From a virus, in the IMG/VR virus record IMGVR_UViG_3300002460_000044, positions 1 through 48,850 of that record: DNA of 48,850 nucleotides; one strand, given 5' to 3'. Below, one piece after another: positions 8,825-18,196 of this stretch. Both the position numbers and the translations under genes were made by a program. How positions within the stretch are numbered: the stretch's first letter is position 1; every line of letters starts with the position of its first letter. Below the pieces are notes generated by a model. The model did not search any database, had not been told where the DNA came from, and was given only the letters and a program-made list of their open reading frames with translations.

Positions 8825-11800
8825 TTATACCCCGATTGCTATTCCAAAGTCATAACCCCTTTCCACATTTATCGGATAAGGCACTGTTGTAGTAGTGCTA
8901 GAGCTAGTACTTGTGGTAGTGGTGGAAGTACTGGTTGAAGTACTCGTGGTTGTGGTTGTCGTCGAGGTAGAAGTCGTGCTGCTTGTACTCGAGCTAGTAC
9001 TGGTAGTGGTTGTACTAGTAGAGGTTGTACTACTTGTACTCGTGCTGGTTGAAGTGGAGGTAGTTGAACTGCTAGAAGAGGTGGTTGTAGTAGAAGTACT
9101 ACTGCTAGTACTAGTCGAACTAGATGTGGTGGTTGTACTGGTAGATGTACTACTCGATGTAGAAGTGCTGGTAGATGTCGTTGTTGTACTTGAACTAGTA
9201 CTGGTAGAACTTGTCGTGCTAGTAGAAGTACTGGTAGTGGTTGTACTACTACTCGTTGTCGTAGTTGAGGTGGACGTACTAGTGCTAGTACTACTTGATG
9301 TAGAGGTCGTTGTAGTCGAAGTCGATGAAGATGTTGTAGTGGTGCTAGTTGAGGTAGTGCTACTAGTGCTGGAACTAGTTGTGGTCGTAGTCGTCGAGGT
9401 TGAGGTAGTCGTCGTAGAAGAACTGGTACTAGTAGAACTAGTAGTACTCGTACTCGTGGTAGTGGTTGAAGTACTAGTGCTGGTAGTTGTACTCGTACTG
9501 GTAGATGTCTCTGTCGTAGTAGTTGATGTAGATGTAGTACTGGATGTACTAGAGCTGGTTGTAGTTGTACTGGTAGACGTGGAAGAACTAGTTGTAGTTG
9601 TGCTAGTCGAAGTGGATGTTGTACTAGACGTTGACGAGCTTGTAGTGGTGGTGGAAGTTGAAGATGACGTGCTAGTAGTAGTGCTGGTTGAGGAACTGGT
9701 CGTTGTCGTTGAAGTACTGGTAGACGAAGTTGTAGACGTGCTAGAGCTAGTGGTCGTTGTGCTAGTAGAACTGCTTGTCGTAGTCGTTGAAGTACTACTG
9801 CTAGTTGAGGTGCTACTACTAGTAGAAGTAGTGGTCGTACTAGTGCTGGTACTTGATGAAGTACTGGTACTGGTACTACTTGAGGTGGTTGTTGTCGAAG
9901 TACTCGAGCTTGTCGTGGTAGAAGTAGAACTACTCGTTGTGGTAGTCGAGGTACTGGAAGAAGTAGTTGTTGTAGACGTTGATGTGCTACTAGTCGTACT
10001 CGTACTCGAGGATGTCGTGGTTGTACTAGTGGACGTAGAGGTACTACTTGTCGTTGAAGTAGACGAACTAGTAGTTGTAGTGCTTGAGCTGGTACTCGTT
10101 GTCGTACTTGTTGAAGATGATATTGTAGTAGTACTAGTAGAAGTAGAACTGCTTGTAGTAGTCGTACTCGTACTAGTCGAAGATGAGGTTGTAGTTGTAG
10201 ATGTACTGCTACTGGTTGTTGTAGTAGAAGTTGTTGTACTCGAAGAAGTTGTGGTCGTAGACGTACTACTGGAAGTCGTAGTTGAGGTGCTACTACTTGT
10301 AGTGGTGGTAGAAGTAGAGGTGGAAGTAGTGCTACTAGTAGATGAACTTGTAGTAGTCGTCGATGTAGAACTACTAGTCGTGGTGCTAGTAGAGCTACTT
10401 GTAGTCGTAGTAGATGTACTAGAGGAAGTAGTCGTTGTCGAGCTAGATGTAGATGTACTTGTGCTACTGCTGGTGGTGGTTGTAGATGTACTACTTGAAG
10501 TAGTAGTCGTAGAACTGCTAGTACTGCTAGTTGTACTAGTGGAAGACGAGGTAGTGGTGGTACTAGATGAAGTACTCGAACTCGTCGTTGTAGAAGAAGA
10601 ACTTGAGGTTGTCGTGGTGCTAGTAGAAGTACTACTCGTAGTAGAAGTACTTGATGACGTTGTTGTAGTCGACGTTGACGAACTGGTAGTCGTGGTAGAC
10701 GTACTAGTACTACTCGTAGTTGATGTGGAAGAACTAGTTGTAGTCGTTGAGGTGCTTGTACTAGTAGAACTAGTAGTACTAGTAGAAGAACTCGTGGTCG
10801 TAGTGCTTGTACTGGTACTACTGCTGGTAGTTGTTGAGGTGCTGCTTGACGTGGTAGTGCTCGATGTCGAACTAGAAGTTGTCGTACTTGTACTGGAACT
10901 TGTTGTAGTTGTAGAAGTGCTAGAACTCGTTGTTGTGGTTGATGTAGAAGTAGAAGTTTGAGTTGTAGTAGTACTGGTACTGGTACTACTAGAAGTTGTG
11001 GTTGTTGAACTACTAGTTGTTGTTGTCGATGTACTACTACTCGTAGTGGTGGTAGAAGTAGAGGTACTTGAACTAGTAGTTGTAGTTGACGTTGATGATG
11101 ATGTTGTTGTAGTACTCGTGCTAGTTGATGAAGAGGTGGTCGTCGTCGAAGTACTGCTACTAGTGGTAGTTGTGCTTGTAGAAGAACTGGTTGAACTACT
11201 GGTGCTTGACGATGTTGTTGTCGTACTGGTTGAGCTAGAGGTGCTACTCGTCGTCGAGGTGGAGCTACTTGTAGTTGTAGTGCTAGTACTCGTAGATGTG
11301 GTGGTAGAAGTAGAGCTGCTAGTCGTGGTTGTAGAGGTACTAGAAGAGGTTGTTGTTGTCGAAGTAGAAGTCGAAGAACTAGTAGATGTAGAACTACTAG
11401 TGGTACTGGTGCTTGTACTCGTGCTACTGGTGGTTGAAGTAGAAGAACTAGTTGTCGTAGTACTAGAACTTGTCGTTGAGGTAGAGGTGGACGAGCTAGT
11501 TGTAGTAGTAGAGGTACTCGTCGAACTAGATGTAGTAGTGGTAGACGTACTGGTGGTTGTAGTCGACGTTGACGAGGAAGTACTGGTTGACGTAGTGGTG
11601 GTACTCGTACTACTCGAGGTTGTCGTAGTGGACGTACTTGTGGATGTAGAAGTACTGCTACTGGTAGTTGTCGTGCTTGTTGAACTCGAGGTCGTTGTTG
11701 TTGAACTACTTGAACTGGTACTTGTAGAAGTCGAACTCGAAGTAGTCGTAGTACTTGTGCTAGTACTAGATGTGGTGGATGTACTTGACGACGTGGTTGT

Positions 11801-12193
11801 TGTACTCGTTGATGTACTAGTAGTGGTGGTGGAAGTACTGGTGCTGGTTGTCGTAGACGTAGATGAACTTGTAGTGGTTGTACTAGTACTTGTACTACTA
11901 CTAGTCGAAGTAGAAGACGACGTAGTAGTAGTAGAGGTAGAAGTAGAGGTGCTAGTAGTTGTAGAAGTACTACTAGTAGTGGTGGTTGTTGATGAACTGG
12001 TACTAGTACTGCTAGTCGTACTAGTAGAAGTACTGGTTGTTGTAGTACTAGTCGAGGATGAAGTTGTAGTCGAACTACTGGTGGTGGTGGTTGAAGATGA
12101 GGTGGTAGTGGAGGTAGTGGTTCCTTCCGCTTGCAGCGTAATAGGAAATTCTAGTATTAATACTTTGCCATACGAACGGAGAAATCGAGCCAT
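8825..12193 (-). CDS. Giant mucin-like Ser/Thr protein (1122 aa) with short unique N- and C-termini
   Basis: A single 3.37-kb frame is open. N-terminus is MARFLRSYGKVLILEFPITLQAEG (24 aa) and C-terminus is VPYPINVERGYDFGIAIGV (19 aa). The 1079 residues between are S/T with only three interruptions (Q, I, E). It starts 19 nt after the upstream stop, and its stop abuts the next ORF. Confidence 0.7.
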   Translation of the reverse strand: MARFLRSYGKVLILEFPITLQAEGTTTSTTTSSSTTTTSSSTTTSSSTSTTTTSTSTSTTSSTSTSSSTTTTTSSTSTTTSTSTSTSTTTTSSSTSTSSSTSTSTTTTSSSTSTTTSTSTSTTTTSTSTSTTTTSSSTSTTSSTSTSTTTTSSSTSTSTSSSSSTTTTSSSTSTTTTSSSTSTSTSTSTTTTSSSTSTTTTSTSTSSSTSTTTTSTSTTTTSSSTSTSTTTTSSSTSTSTTSSSTTTTSSSTSTTSSTSTSTSTTSSSTSTSSSTSTSTTTTSSSTSTTTTSSSTSTTTSTSTSTTTTSSSTSTTSSTSSSTSTTTTSSSTSSSTSSSTSTTTTSSSTSTTTTSSSTSTSTTTTSSSTSTTTTSSSTSTSTTTTSSSTSTTTTSSSTTTTSSSTSTSTTTTQTSTSTSTTTTSSSTSTTTTSSSTSTTTSSSTSSTTTSSSTSTTTSSSTSTSTTTTSSSTSTTSSTSTSTSTTTTSSSTSTTSSTSTSTTTTSSSTSTTTTSSSTSTTSSTSTSTTTTSSSSSTTTSSSTSSSTTTTSSSTSTTSSTSSSTTTTSSSTSTTTTSSSTSTSTSSSTTTTSSSTSTTTTSSSTSTTTSSSTSTTTTSSSTSSTTSTSTSTTTTSSSTSTTTSSSTSTTTTSSSTTTSTTTTSSSTSTTTTSSSTSTSTTTTSSSTSTSTTTISSSTSTTTSTSSSTTTTSSSTSTTSSTSTSTSTTTTSSSTSTTSSTSTSTTTTSSSTSTTTTSSSTSTTTSSSTSTTTTSSSTSTSTSSSTSTSTTTTSTSSSTSTSSSTSTTTTSSSTSTTTTSSSTSTTSSTSTSTTTTSSSTSTTTSTSSSTSTTTTSSSTSSTTSTSTSTTTTSSSTSTSTTTTSSSTSSTTSTSTTTTETSTSTSTTTSTSTSTTTTSTSTTSSTSTSSSTTTTSTSTTTTTTSSSTSSTTSTSTTTTSSSTSTTTTSTSSSTSTSTSTSTTTTSSSTTTTSTSTSTTSSTSTSSSTTTTSTSTSTSSSTSTSTTTTSSSTSTSSSTSTTTTSSSSSTTSTSTSTSTSSTTSTSTTTTSTSSSTSSTTSTSTTTTTTSTSTSTSTTTTSTSSSTTTTVPYPINVERGYDFGIAIGV
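8885..12121 (-). repeat. Ser/Thr-coding tract (1079 codons); recurring degenerate unit about TTTTSSSTST
   Basis: Protein-level repeat using all 6 Ser and all 4 Thr codons (verified in sampled stretches). I saw no long exact DNA repeat by eye. Confidence 0.9.
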
Positions 12194-12211
12194 ACCTTAA
12201 TTATACTGTAC

Positions 12212-13393
12212 TTAATATGTATTGGCTCTATTAACTGCTTGGTTTAGTTGAACTAATTTACCTATTGGCACTGGTGGCGGATCATTGTTACTTGCTACCA
12301 CTTCTACCGCTATTGCTGTACATTGCAACCCCGCCTCAGCAGAATCAGGTTTAGTAAGACCTGCTTGCAAAGAATCTATAGCTCCTTGCGTCCACGCTAC
12401 ACCTCCTGGAGCCAACTCAAATGCTTTATTACGATTTACATAAGTTGTGAGGTCTAAGTTGTTATTTGCCTTATCAATTAAATTAGAAGTATCCCGAATG
12501 CGCACTGAGGAGTTTACAGTTTTATCAGCCACATTAGTTTTTAGATAAGTATAAACTTTAACACCGTCTATACTCCCCGTTGGAGTGATAGTAGATAAGT
12601 TAGAAGTGTGTGCTTTTATATCCCCAGCACAAGCAATGTTATTAACTGTATCTGGAGTTCCCCCACTCACAAAATCATCCCAATTTGAGAAATCTGCAAG
12701 GCCATCAGCGCAATCTGCATTCGTTCCCCAGGCGTCATTCGTGCCTTCTGAGGTAGGATTAATCTGTCCAATCCAGATATTAGTTCCTGGTCGATCTGAG
12801 GTAACACCCCCATACAAAGCCACTCGGTTCCACTTCACAGTTACCCCTGCTTTTCCCATACCTTCTAAAGTTAGAACATTATATTTGGGGTATGAAGTAA
12901 CATCGACAGTTAGTTCCAAAGTACCATTGACCCAAAGCAGCATTTGGCTATGGTTTATTTCCCAGCGGATCGCATAAGTGGTACTAGTTACGAAGGTCGT
13001 GGTGGTTGTCCCTGTTGCCCCCCCCACCGTCTCCGTCATTTCAAATTTATAAGTACCATCAGACTGTCCAATGGCACGAATGTTTAAGGCTCCAAACTCA
13101 TTTGGCAGAGCTGTTTTGAACCACATAACAGGAAAAGTATCACCCGTAGTGATTGTCCCTTCAATTCGGTAACCCCGAATACATAACCAATAAACTTGGT
13201 AAGTTGGTATAGTATCGTTAAATTGTCCAATAGCTTGTGTGTTAGTAGGGTTAATACACTGTATCCAATAAGTTCCTTGCGGTGGAACAGGAGATGTGGT
13301 TAAAGAGTAGGCAAGTCCTGTGTTTGGGCCATCATAATAAACTTTATAAAAGTTCATCTCTGGCCCGAAACAATTAATTAATCTACGAGCCAT
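12212..13393 (-). CDS. Structural protein with concanavalin-A/LamG-like jelly-roll signature (possible glycan- or receptor-binding component)
   Basis: 393 aa. The segment YAIRWEINHSQMLLWVNGTLELTV resembles LamG/ConA-like lectin folds. The ATG has SD GGAGGC 9 nt upstream. It lies directly upstream of the giant S/T gene. The fold call is by eye only. Confidence 0.35.
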   Translation of the reverse strand: MARRLINCFGPEMNFYKVYYDGPNTGLAYSLTTSPVPPQGTYWIQCINPTNTQAIGQFNDTIPTYQVYWLCIRGYRIEGTITTGDTFPVMWFKTALPNEFGALNIRAIGQSDGTYKFEMTETVGGATGTTTTTFVTSTTYAIRWEINHSQMLLWVNGTLELTVDVTSYPKYNVLTLEGMGKAGVTVKWNRVALYGGVTSDRPGTNIWIGQINPTSEGTNDAWGTNADCADGLADFSNWDDFVSGGTPDTVNNIACAGDIKAHTSNLSTITPTGSIDGVKVYTYLKTNVADKTVNSSVRIRDTSNLIDKANNNLDLTTYVNRNKAFELAPGGVAWTQGAIDSLQAGLTKPDSAEAGLQCTAIAVEVVASNNDPPPVPIGKLVQLNQAVNRANTY

Positions 13394-13890
13394 TGTTTTG
13401 TTGCCTCCGCATCAGCAATAATGTCATCCATCCTGGAGCCTTCAATCTTCCAGCTTAAACCCAAAACATACAGAATTGGTTTAGTAGTAGCTGTATTAGG
13501 AAAGAACTTCTGCCAATCATCACAAAATTGTTTAGCCGCAGTTAGATTAGTAAAGTCTTTAAGACACCCCCGACCAGTGGTAAAAACTGCGTAGACTTTC
13601 CAAGAAGCACACTTTGGAAATCTTTTTACTACCTCTTTGAAACAAGCAAGGACAATATGTATGAGTATCTTCTTATCCTCACTTGCAGGTAAGAGCCAAA
13701 CTATATTGATTGATCGGGTTTCTTTGTTGACTGAAACTCTACCAACAATATCTTTTACATCATCAACAAAGACTATTTCTTCTGGAGTTCTTAAAATTGA
13801 AGGTATATCTGGATTAAGGGGAGGATTTTCAAGTTCAGATAGTCTCTGGTTTATTAAATTGGAATCTTTTATTGTTGCTAATCTTATCAT
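13378..13890 (-). CDS. Hypothetical protein (170 aa)
   Basis: ORF in the late operon with an ATG start, preceded by a 104-nt spacer. No motif recognised; a GNAT-like start (MIRLATIKD) is present but no Q/RxxGxG/A motif. Confidence 0.5.
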   Translation of the reverse strand: MIRLATIKDSNLINQRLSELENPPLNPDIPSILRTPEEIVFVDDVKDIVGRVSVNKETRSINIVWLLPASEDKKILIHIVLACFKEVVKRFPKCASWKVYAVFTTGRGCLKDFTNLTAAKQFCDDWQKFFPNTATTKPILYVLGLSWKIEGSRMDDIIADAEATKQWLVD

Positions 13891-13994
13891 AGGTCATCTA
13901 GATTACCCACAATTGCATTTAAAAAGACGTTTAATCAGCAAGAATGGATAAATTAAAGCTAAAGAGAGAATATATTTAATGTTTCGTAACATAT

Positions 13995-14501
13995 TTACAC
14001 CTCTAAAACGATGTAGCAATAAGCATTGACCGCCGCTCCTGCAGTTACTCTAACACGCAAAGAAGTTGAAACATTAACGATCGGTTCCCTGCCTAATGGG
14101 AATTGTTTGATATATTGATTAGTAGGAGCTACTAGCTGGACATCAAACATTCTTGATGCACTAATTGCCCCTTCTCCTGTTGCCGTATAACCTGTTCCAG
14201 TAGTTGTGAGGATAAAATTAGAAGTAGTAGGATCAACCGCATTCGGATCAAGTTTAACAATACCAGTTGCAGTATGAGCTGTTACCGTAGCAAAGACAGT
14301 ACCAGTTTCTAACAGTTCACACTTAATTGGTGTGGCGGCTGCACTACCATCAAAGGAAATACCCCATTCGACTATTTTACCAAAATTCTGGGTTCCAAGT
14401 TTGACTTGAAGTAAAGTTTTAATTGCAGTCCCAGTAGTTACTGGAACTTGAGCTGCTACTGTAGGACTAGGGCCATTATAGACGACATAAAGTTGGGCCA
14501 A
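13995..14501 (-). CDS. Hypothetical beta-rich structural protein (168 aa) at the downstream edge of the glycosylation island
   Basis: TTG start with SD AAGGGTGG 7 nt upstream. Gly/Thr/Val-rich, beta-strand-like composition. Followed by a 104-nt spacer. Confidence 0.45.
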   Translation of the reverse strand: MAQLYVVYNGPSPTVAAQVPVTTGTAIKTLLQVKLGTQNFGKIVEWGISFDGSAAATPIKCELLETGTVFATVTAHTATGIVKLDPNAVDPTTSNFILTTTGTGYTATGEGAISASRMFDVQLVAPTNQYIKQFPLGREPIVNVSTSLRVRVTAGAAVNAYCYIVLEV

Positions 14502-14559
14502 ATTAAAACACCACCCTTCTATATGGCTTATTTATGCCATATCTGTTATTACATAGAAT

Positions 14560-14940
14560 ATGAAATATAAAGTTATTTCTGTAACCGGTAAACCTGTTTA
14601 TGAACACAGATATATTATGGAACAACACCTTAAACGTAAACTTAAATCTAGTGAAATAGTCCACCATGTTAACCATATAGGAACTGATAATAGAATTGAC
14701 AATCTTCAAATACTTACTAAATCTGAGCATCATTCTCATCATATACTTACAACTATAAGAACTCCTACCCATAAAACATGTAGCCAATGTCGCCAACTTC
14801 TTCCATACAGTAAATTTTCCAAAAATAGTAGAAATTTGGATGGTAGACGTTCTAATTGTAAAACTTGTCAAAATATATATAACGTTTATAGACGCTGTAT
14901 TTGGGCTTGGGCCGTTAGAGATCAAATAAATCATAAATAA
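14560..14940 (+). CDS. HNH homing endonuclease (freestanding, opposite strand to the late operon)
   Basis: 126 aa. The sequence EHRYIMEQHLKRKL..EIVHHVNHIGTDNRIDNLQILTKSEHHSHH matches the HNH core. The C-terminus has CSQC...CKTC zinc-finger-like pairs. It competes with spurious minus ORF 14503..14997. Confidence 0.75.
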   Translation: MKYKVISVTGKPVYEHRYIMEQHLKRKLKSSEIVHHVNHIGTDNRIDNLQILTKSEHHSHHILTTIRTPTHKTCSQCRQLLPYSKFSKNSRNLDGRRSNCKTCQNIYNVYRRCIWAWAVRDQINHK

Positions 14941-15011
14941 ATTATAACATATTTGGTAAGGTAGGGGGTGAAGGTACTCCATACTCCCCCTACCCAATCA
15001 AATGCACCTTC

Positions 15012-15926
15012 TTAGAGGGGTTCTATGTGGATTTCTTCTATTCTTTTATATGGTTTTCTAATTCCATCTTGACTCTGGTAAAACCCCCAAGGGTCAACAC
15101 CGTGTCCTTCATTCAAAGTTTCAGGCCAAAGATCACTTAAATTATTCCATCGTTTATCTTCATCGAATAAATTTAATTCCTTCGGTAAACTAGAAGCCTC
15201 ATCTTTACTCTTACCCCAATGGTGCCATACCCAACTTCTCATACTAGAAACCAATCGGTAACCCAATCGGTAGGCTCGGGCATTAAGGTCGTAGTCTTCT
15301 CCCCCACCAGGGTAAAACTTCTCGTCGAAGTAACCAACCCTGTCAAAAAATTCACGACGAAAGACAGGAAACCACATTGCAATAGCATCGATAACTCCTC
15401 GTTTGACAAGCGGGAAAGCCTCTGGTATATCGCTAACTCGTTCTTTGAGGTCTTCATAATTCCCTGCACAGAGATAATTCCAATCTTCTTCTGTGTAAGT
15501 TTCCTTATATTCTATTATATCAATATACTCACCATGATCTCTACCATAGCCCCACAGTGGTACTCGAGGGCTCTCAGGACATACTGCGAGTATTTTCTCA
15601 TCGGTAGCAAATTCATCAAGTATCCCTTGGAACCAAGAAGGGTGCATTGCTTCCGTATCGTCGTTAAGAATACCTATGTAAGGAATATTATTTCTATAAG
15701 CGATTGAAGCCATTTCGTTAGCTGCTTTCGCAAACCCCAGGTTTCTATAACTTCTAATCCATAGATGGGTAAGTTTATGATATTTAGTGTACGCCTCATC
15801 ATCTACTGTTTGGTCTAATACAAATATTCGCATCTTTTCGTTATCCGTATACTTTAAAAAGGTTTCTAAACATCTACCAATGTAATCACTTCTGACTATA
15901 GGAATACAGATAGCTAATTCTGGCAT
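15012..15926 (-). CDS. Family-2-like (GT-A) glycosyltransferase
   Basis: 304 aa. LAICIPIVRSDYIGRCLETF..MRIFVLDQT, NLGFAKAANE and ILNDDTEA (DxD-type) motifs. SD GAGGAG lies 5 nt before the ATG. Confidence 0.65.
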   Translation of the reverse strand: MPELAICIPIVRSDYIGRCLETFLKYTDNEKMRIFVLDQTVDDEAYTKYHKLTHLWIRSYRNLGFAKAANEMASIAYRNNIPYIGILNDDTEAMHPSWFQGILDEFATDEKILAVCPESPRVPLWGYGRDHGEYIDIIEYKETYTEEDWNYLCAGNYEDLKERVSDIPEAFPLVKRGVIDAIAMWFPVFRREFFDRVGYFDEKFYPGGGEDYDLNARAYRLGYRLVSSMRSWVWHHWGKSKDEASSLPKELNLFDEDKRWNNLSDLWPETLNEGHGVDPWGFYQSQDGIRKPYKRIEEIHIEPL

Positions 15927-16564
15927 TTTAGCTCCTCATCTGTTAATTCTGAAATGAATTTAAAAGTGGTATCCCCATCCCAAGGAAATGGATCCCATTC
16001 TTCTTCCATCTGCCTCATACCATTCCTGCCTTTAGAATCGGCTACGTTTATATCTTCTACGTGTCCATGAACCATTAAGGGATTACAAGTACAGTATGAA
16101 AGTAACCCTTCAGGTCGCTTTTCTCGATTGTAATGCTGATCCGCCACTTTGTATTCTCTTTCCATGAGAACCTGATATACCAACTGAGGGGAAGAATTGA
16201 CTGGTTTGGTTGAATCGGGAGTTTCATTATAAGGCTGGGGAAAAGTGATTTGCCAGCCTGGAGCCTTAAAAATTTTAGAGAAGCCCATATTTTCTGCTCT
16301 CTGGAGAAAAATATTAGCTGTATTAGTATCCCACTTGAGAACCTCGAAGTTATCATCGTGCCTCCATCCATGAACTAAAAGATCCACCCAATCCCTGTAT
16401 GGATTAAGTAGTTTAATAAAATCCGCCGTCATTCGGCCAGGGATAGCGAACATATTTACTTTAAATTTAGGGTACTTTGATTTCCAATACAATAGAAAGT
16501 TCATTCCGTTCCTATCATATTTATTTTCGAAATCGTCAAAGTCCAAGCAAATTGTCGAACTCAT
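15914..16564 (-). CDS. NodB/CE4-like polysaccharide deacetylase-like protein
   Basis: 216 aa. CLDFDDF resembles the TFDDG motif and LLVHGWRHDD resembles H(S/T)xxH. FKVNMFAIPG is also present. Motif-level call only. Confidence 0.4.
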   Translation of the reverse strand: MSSTICLDFDDFENKYDRNGMNFLLYWKSKYPKFKVNMFAIPGRMTADFIKLLNPYRDWVDLLVHGWRHDDNFEVLKWDTNTANIFLQRAENMGFSKIFKAPGWQITFPQPYNETPDSTKPVNSSPQLVYQVLMEREYKVADQHYNREKRPEGLLSYCTCNPLMVHGHVEDINVADSKGRNGMRQMEEEWDPFPWDGDTTFKFISELTDEELKCQN

Positions 16565-17498
16565 TCATCATCCTTTCCAAGGAATACTTATCCTCGATAT
16601 ATTTTCTAAGTTTTTTAGGTTCTTCTTTCGGTAACTTTATCATTTCTACCGCTTCTTGGTGGGTCTGATATAAATATTCATGAGACCATATATTCCTGCT
16701 ACCATAAAAATCATTTACTACTGGGGTAATTCCTTTTGCCATAGCTTCTCCTACAGCATAGCAAAAACTCTCTTTCATTCCTGGATGTAATAATATGTCT
16801 ATATTCTCATACCACTGGTTCATATCGTCTTGAGACGGGTACAGCGTAACTACTTTCCCCAATCCTCTACTCTCAATATAATGATTGTACATCACTCCCC
16901 AGTAAGGGGTACCACCTTCGTGCTGGCCTCTTATGTGTAGCCTCCACTTTGGATTTTCTTTATATAAAGTATTGAATATATCCAAACCTCCCATGTGGTT
17001 CTTCGGCATCCACATATCACCAAGCACCATACCTAGTTGATAACCGTCAGTTTTCTTTTTCTTTAAGGTAAACTTCTCTAAGTTCACAGATGGCCTTATT
17101 AACTTTAATTTACCTTTCCAGGTAGGAGCCTTCTCCAATATATATTTCTCAATGTGCGGTGCTATACAGATTCCTTGATCAATAAAATCTATGTAATGTT
17201 GTTCGTAGAAGGGTACGTAAGCGTTCCAGACATCCCAATCGATCATCCTGCAAACTATCTTTGGCTTCTTGTTATTATTCCAATCGGGGGTACGACTAAC
17301 CCCTTCTACTCCGTTATATAATTTCCACAAGTAGTTTATATTCCCCTCAAGCCACTCCACGTAATATATATCCGCCCATTGAGCCAGATACTCACTAGCC
17401 CCACGTTCGTATTTAACCTCATGACCTTTTTTATCCCAATGGTCAATAATATCCTGACAAAATTTCTTACCAGTATTGTCCGCTACAGCAATTTTCAT
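16536..17498 (-). CDS. GT-B fold (GT4-like) glycosyltransferase
   Basis: The track ORF starts at TTG 17522. I prefer ATG 17498, which overlaps the upstream stop as ATGA. An EX7E motif ESFCYAVGE is followed by AMAKGITPVV. Confidence 0.6.
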   Translation of the reverse strand: MKIAVADNTGKKFCQDIIDHWDKKGHEVKYERGASEYLAQWADIYYVEWLEGNINYLWKLYNGVEGVSRTPDWNNNKKPKIVCRMIDWDVWNAYVPFYEQHYIDFIDQGICIAPHIEKYILEKAPTWKGKLKLIRPSVNLEKFTLKKKKTDGYQLGMVLGDMWMPKNHMGGLDIFNTLYKENPKWRLHIRGQHEGGTPYWGVMYNHYIESRGLGKVVTLYPSQDDMNQWYENIDILLHPGMKESFCYAVGEAMAKGITPVVNDFYGSRNIWSHEYLYQTHQEAVEMIKLPKEEPKKLRKYIEDKYSLERMMNEFDNLLGL

Positions 17499-18196
17499 TT
17501 TCTTTTTAAAACTATTATCCAATCATGTCCTTTAACTTCTTTACCAATTCCTTCTGCAAGCTCTAATAATTTCCATTCAGAATTAGTATCTAAATATTTT
17601 AGAACCTTTTTTCTTGAATATGAATTAGTATATTCATTGGAATAGAGCTTTTCTTCTGGTGTACCTCTATGATCTATTATATTTTTAATCTCATGCTCTT
17701 CCGACTCAATAAATGGAACCCATCCGACCACGATAACCAGCTTCTTAGCTACTCGACAATGCTCATCCATCGCCTCCTCAAAGCTGTTCATATGGTCAAC
17801 TACGTGGCGAGAATATACTACATCCCAGCTTTTATCTGGTTGGTCTATTTTGTGGATTGAAGGATTGTAATCAAAAAACATATTCCCAAATTTTCCTTTA
17901 CACCATTCAGTATTTTTGGGAATTACATCTAAGCCCAGATAGAAAAATCCAGGTTTTCCAAACCAATCAATTTCCTTATCATCTCGTAATGCTTCAAAGG
18001 TGGTTCCAGAACCTGCTCCATAATCTAAGAAAGTATCATTTTTTACATACTTTTTGATTGCATAGAGTTGGGAAGGATGGTTTGGGCCGTTTCCTCCTCC
18101 CCTACAAAGAGTAGGTACATCCGGGGTATTAAACCATAGCTTTTCTGGATTTACTTTTGACACTGGCCTTAGATAATTTACGGGATTTTGTTCCAT
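17495..18196 (-). CDS. Class I SAM-dependent methyltransferase
   Basis: Motif I is FLDYGAGSGTT. The track start 18271 overlaps the upstream gene by 94 nt. Internal ATG 18196 has SD AAAGGA and reduces the overlap to 19 nt. Confidence 0.6.
   Translation of the reverse strand: MEQNPVNYLRPVSKVNPEKLWFNTPDVPTLCRGGGNGPNHPSQLYAIKKYVKNDTFLDYGAGSGTTFEALRDDKEIDWFGKPGFFYLGLDVIPKNTEWCKGKFGNMFFDYNPSIHKIDQPDKSWDVVYSRHVVDHMNSFEEAMDEHCRVAKKLVIVVGWVPFIESEEHEIKNIIDHRGTPEEKLYSNEYTNSYSRKKVLKYLDTNSEWKLLELAEGIGKEVKGHDWIIVLKRK

Noticed and set aside
8885-12121. Possibility that the repetitive block is a CRISPR array or a noncoding satellite
   Set aside because: There are no fixed-length exact repeats separated by unique spacers. 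A strict 3-nt periodicity holds, with one frame open for 3.37 kb, unique coding termini, and tight gene packing.
6099-12200. Long plus-strand ORFs rich in V/L/E/D (6099..6887, 8895..10961, 10998..12200) and the minus out-of-frame Q/L/P/R ORF 6472..6894
   Set aside because: These are mirror or off-frame shadows of the Ser/Thr tracts. NGT/NGA/RCT triplets have no stops on the opposite strand. They have no SD and no unique termini, and they would run antisense to the whole operon.
14503-14997. Minus-strand ORF of 164 aa overlapping the HNH gene
   Set aside because: Its translation is low-complexity (I/F/Y/N-rich) with no motif. The plus-strand frame encodes a clear HNH endonuclease.
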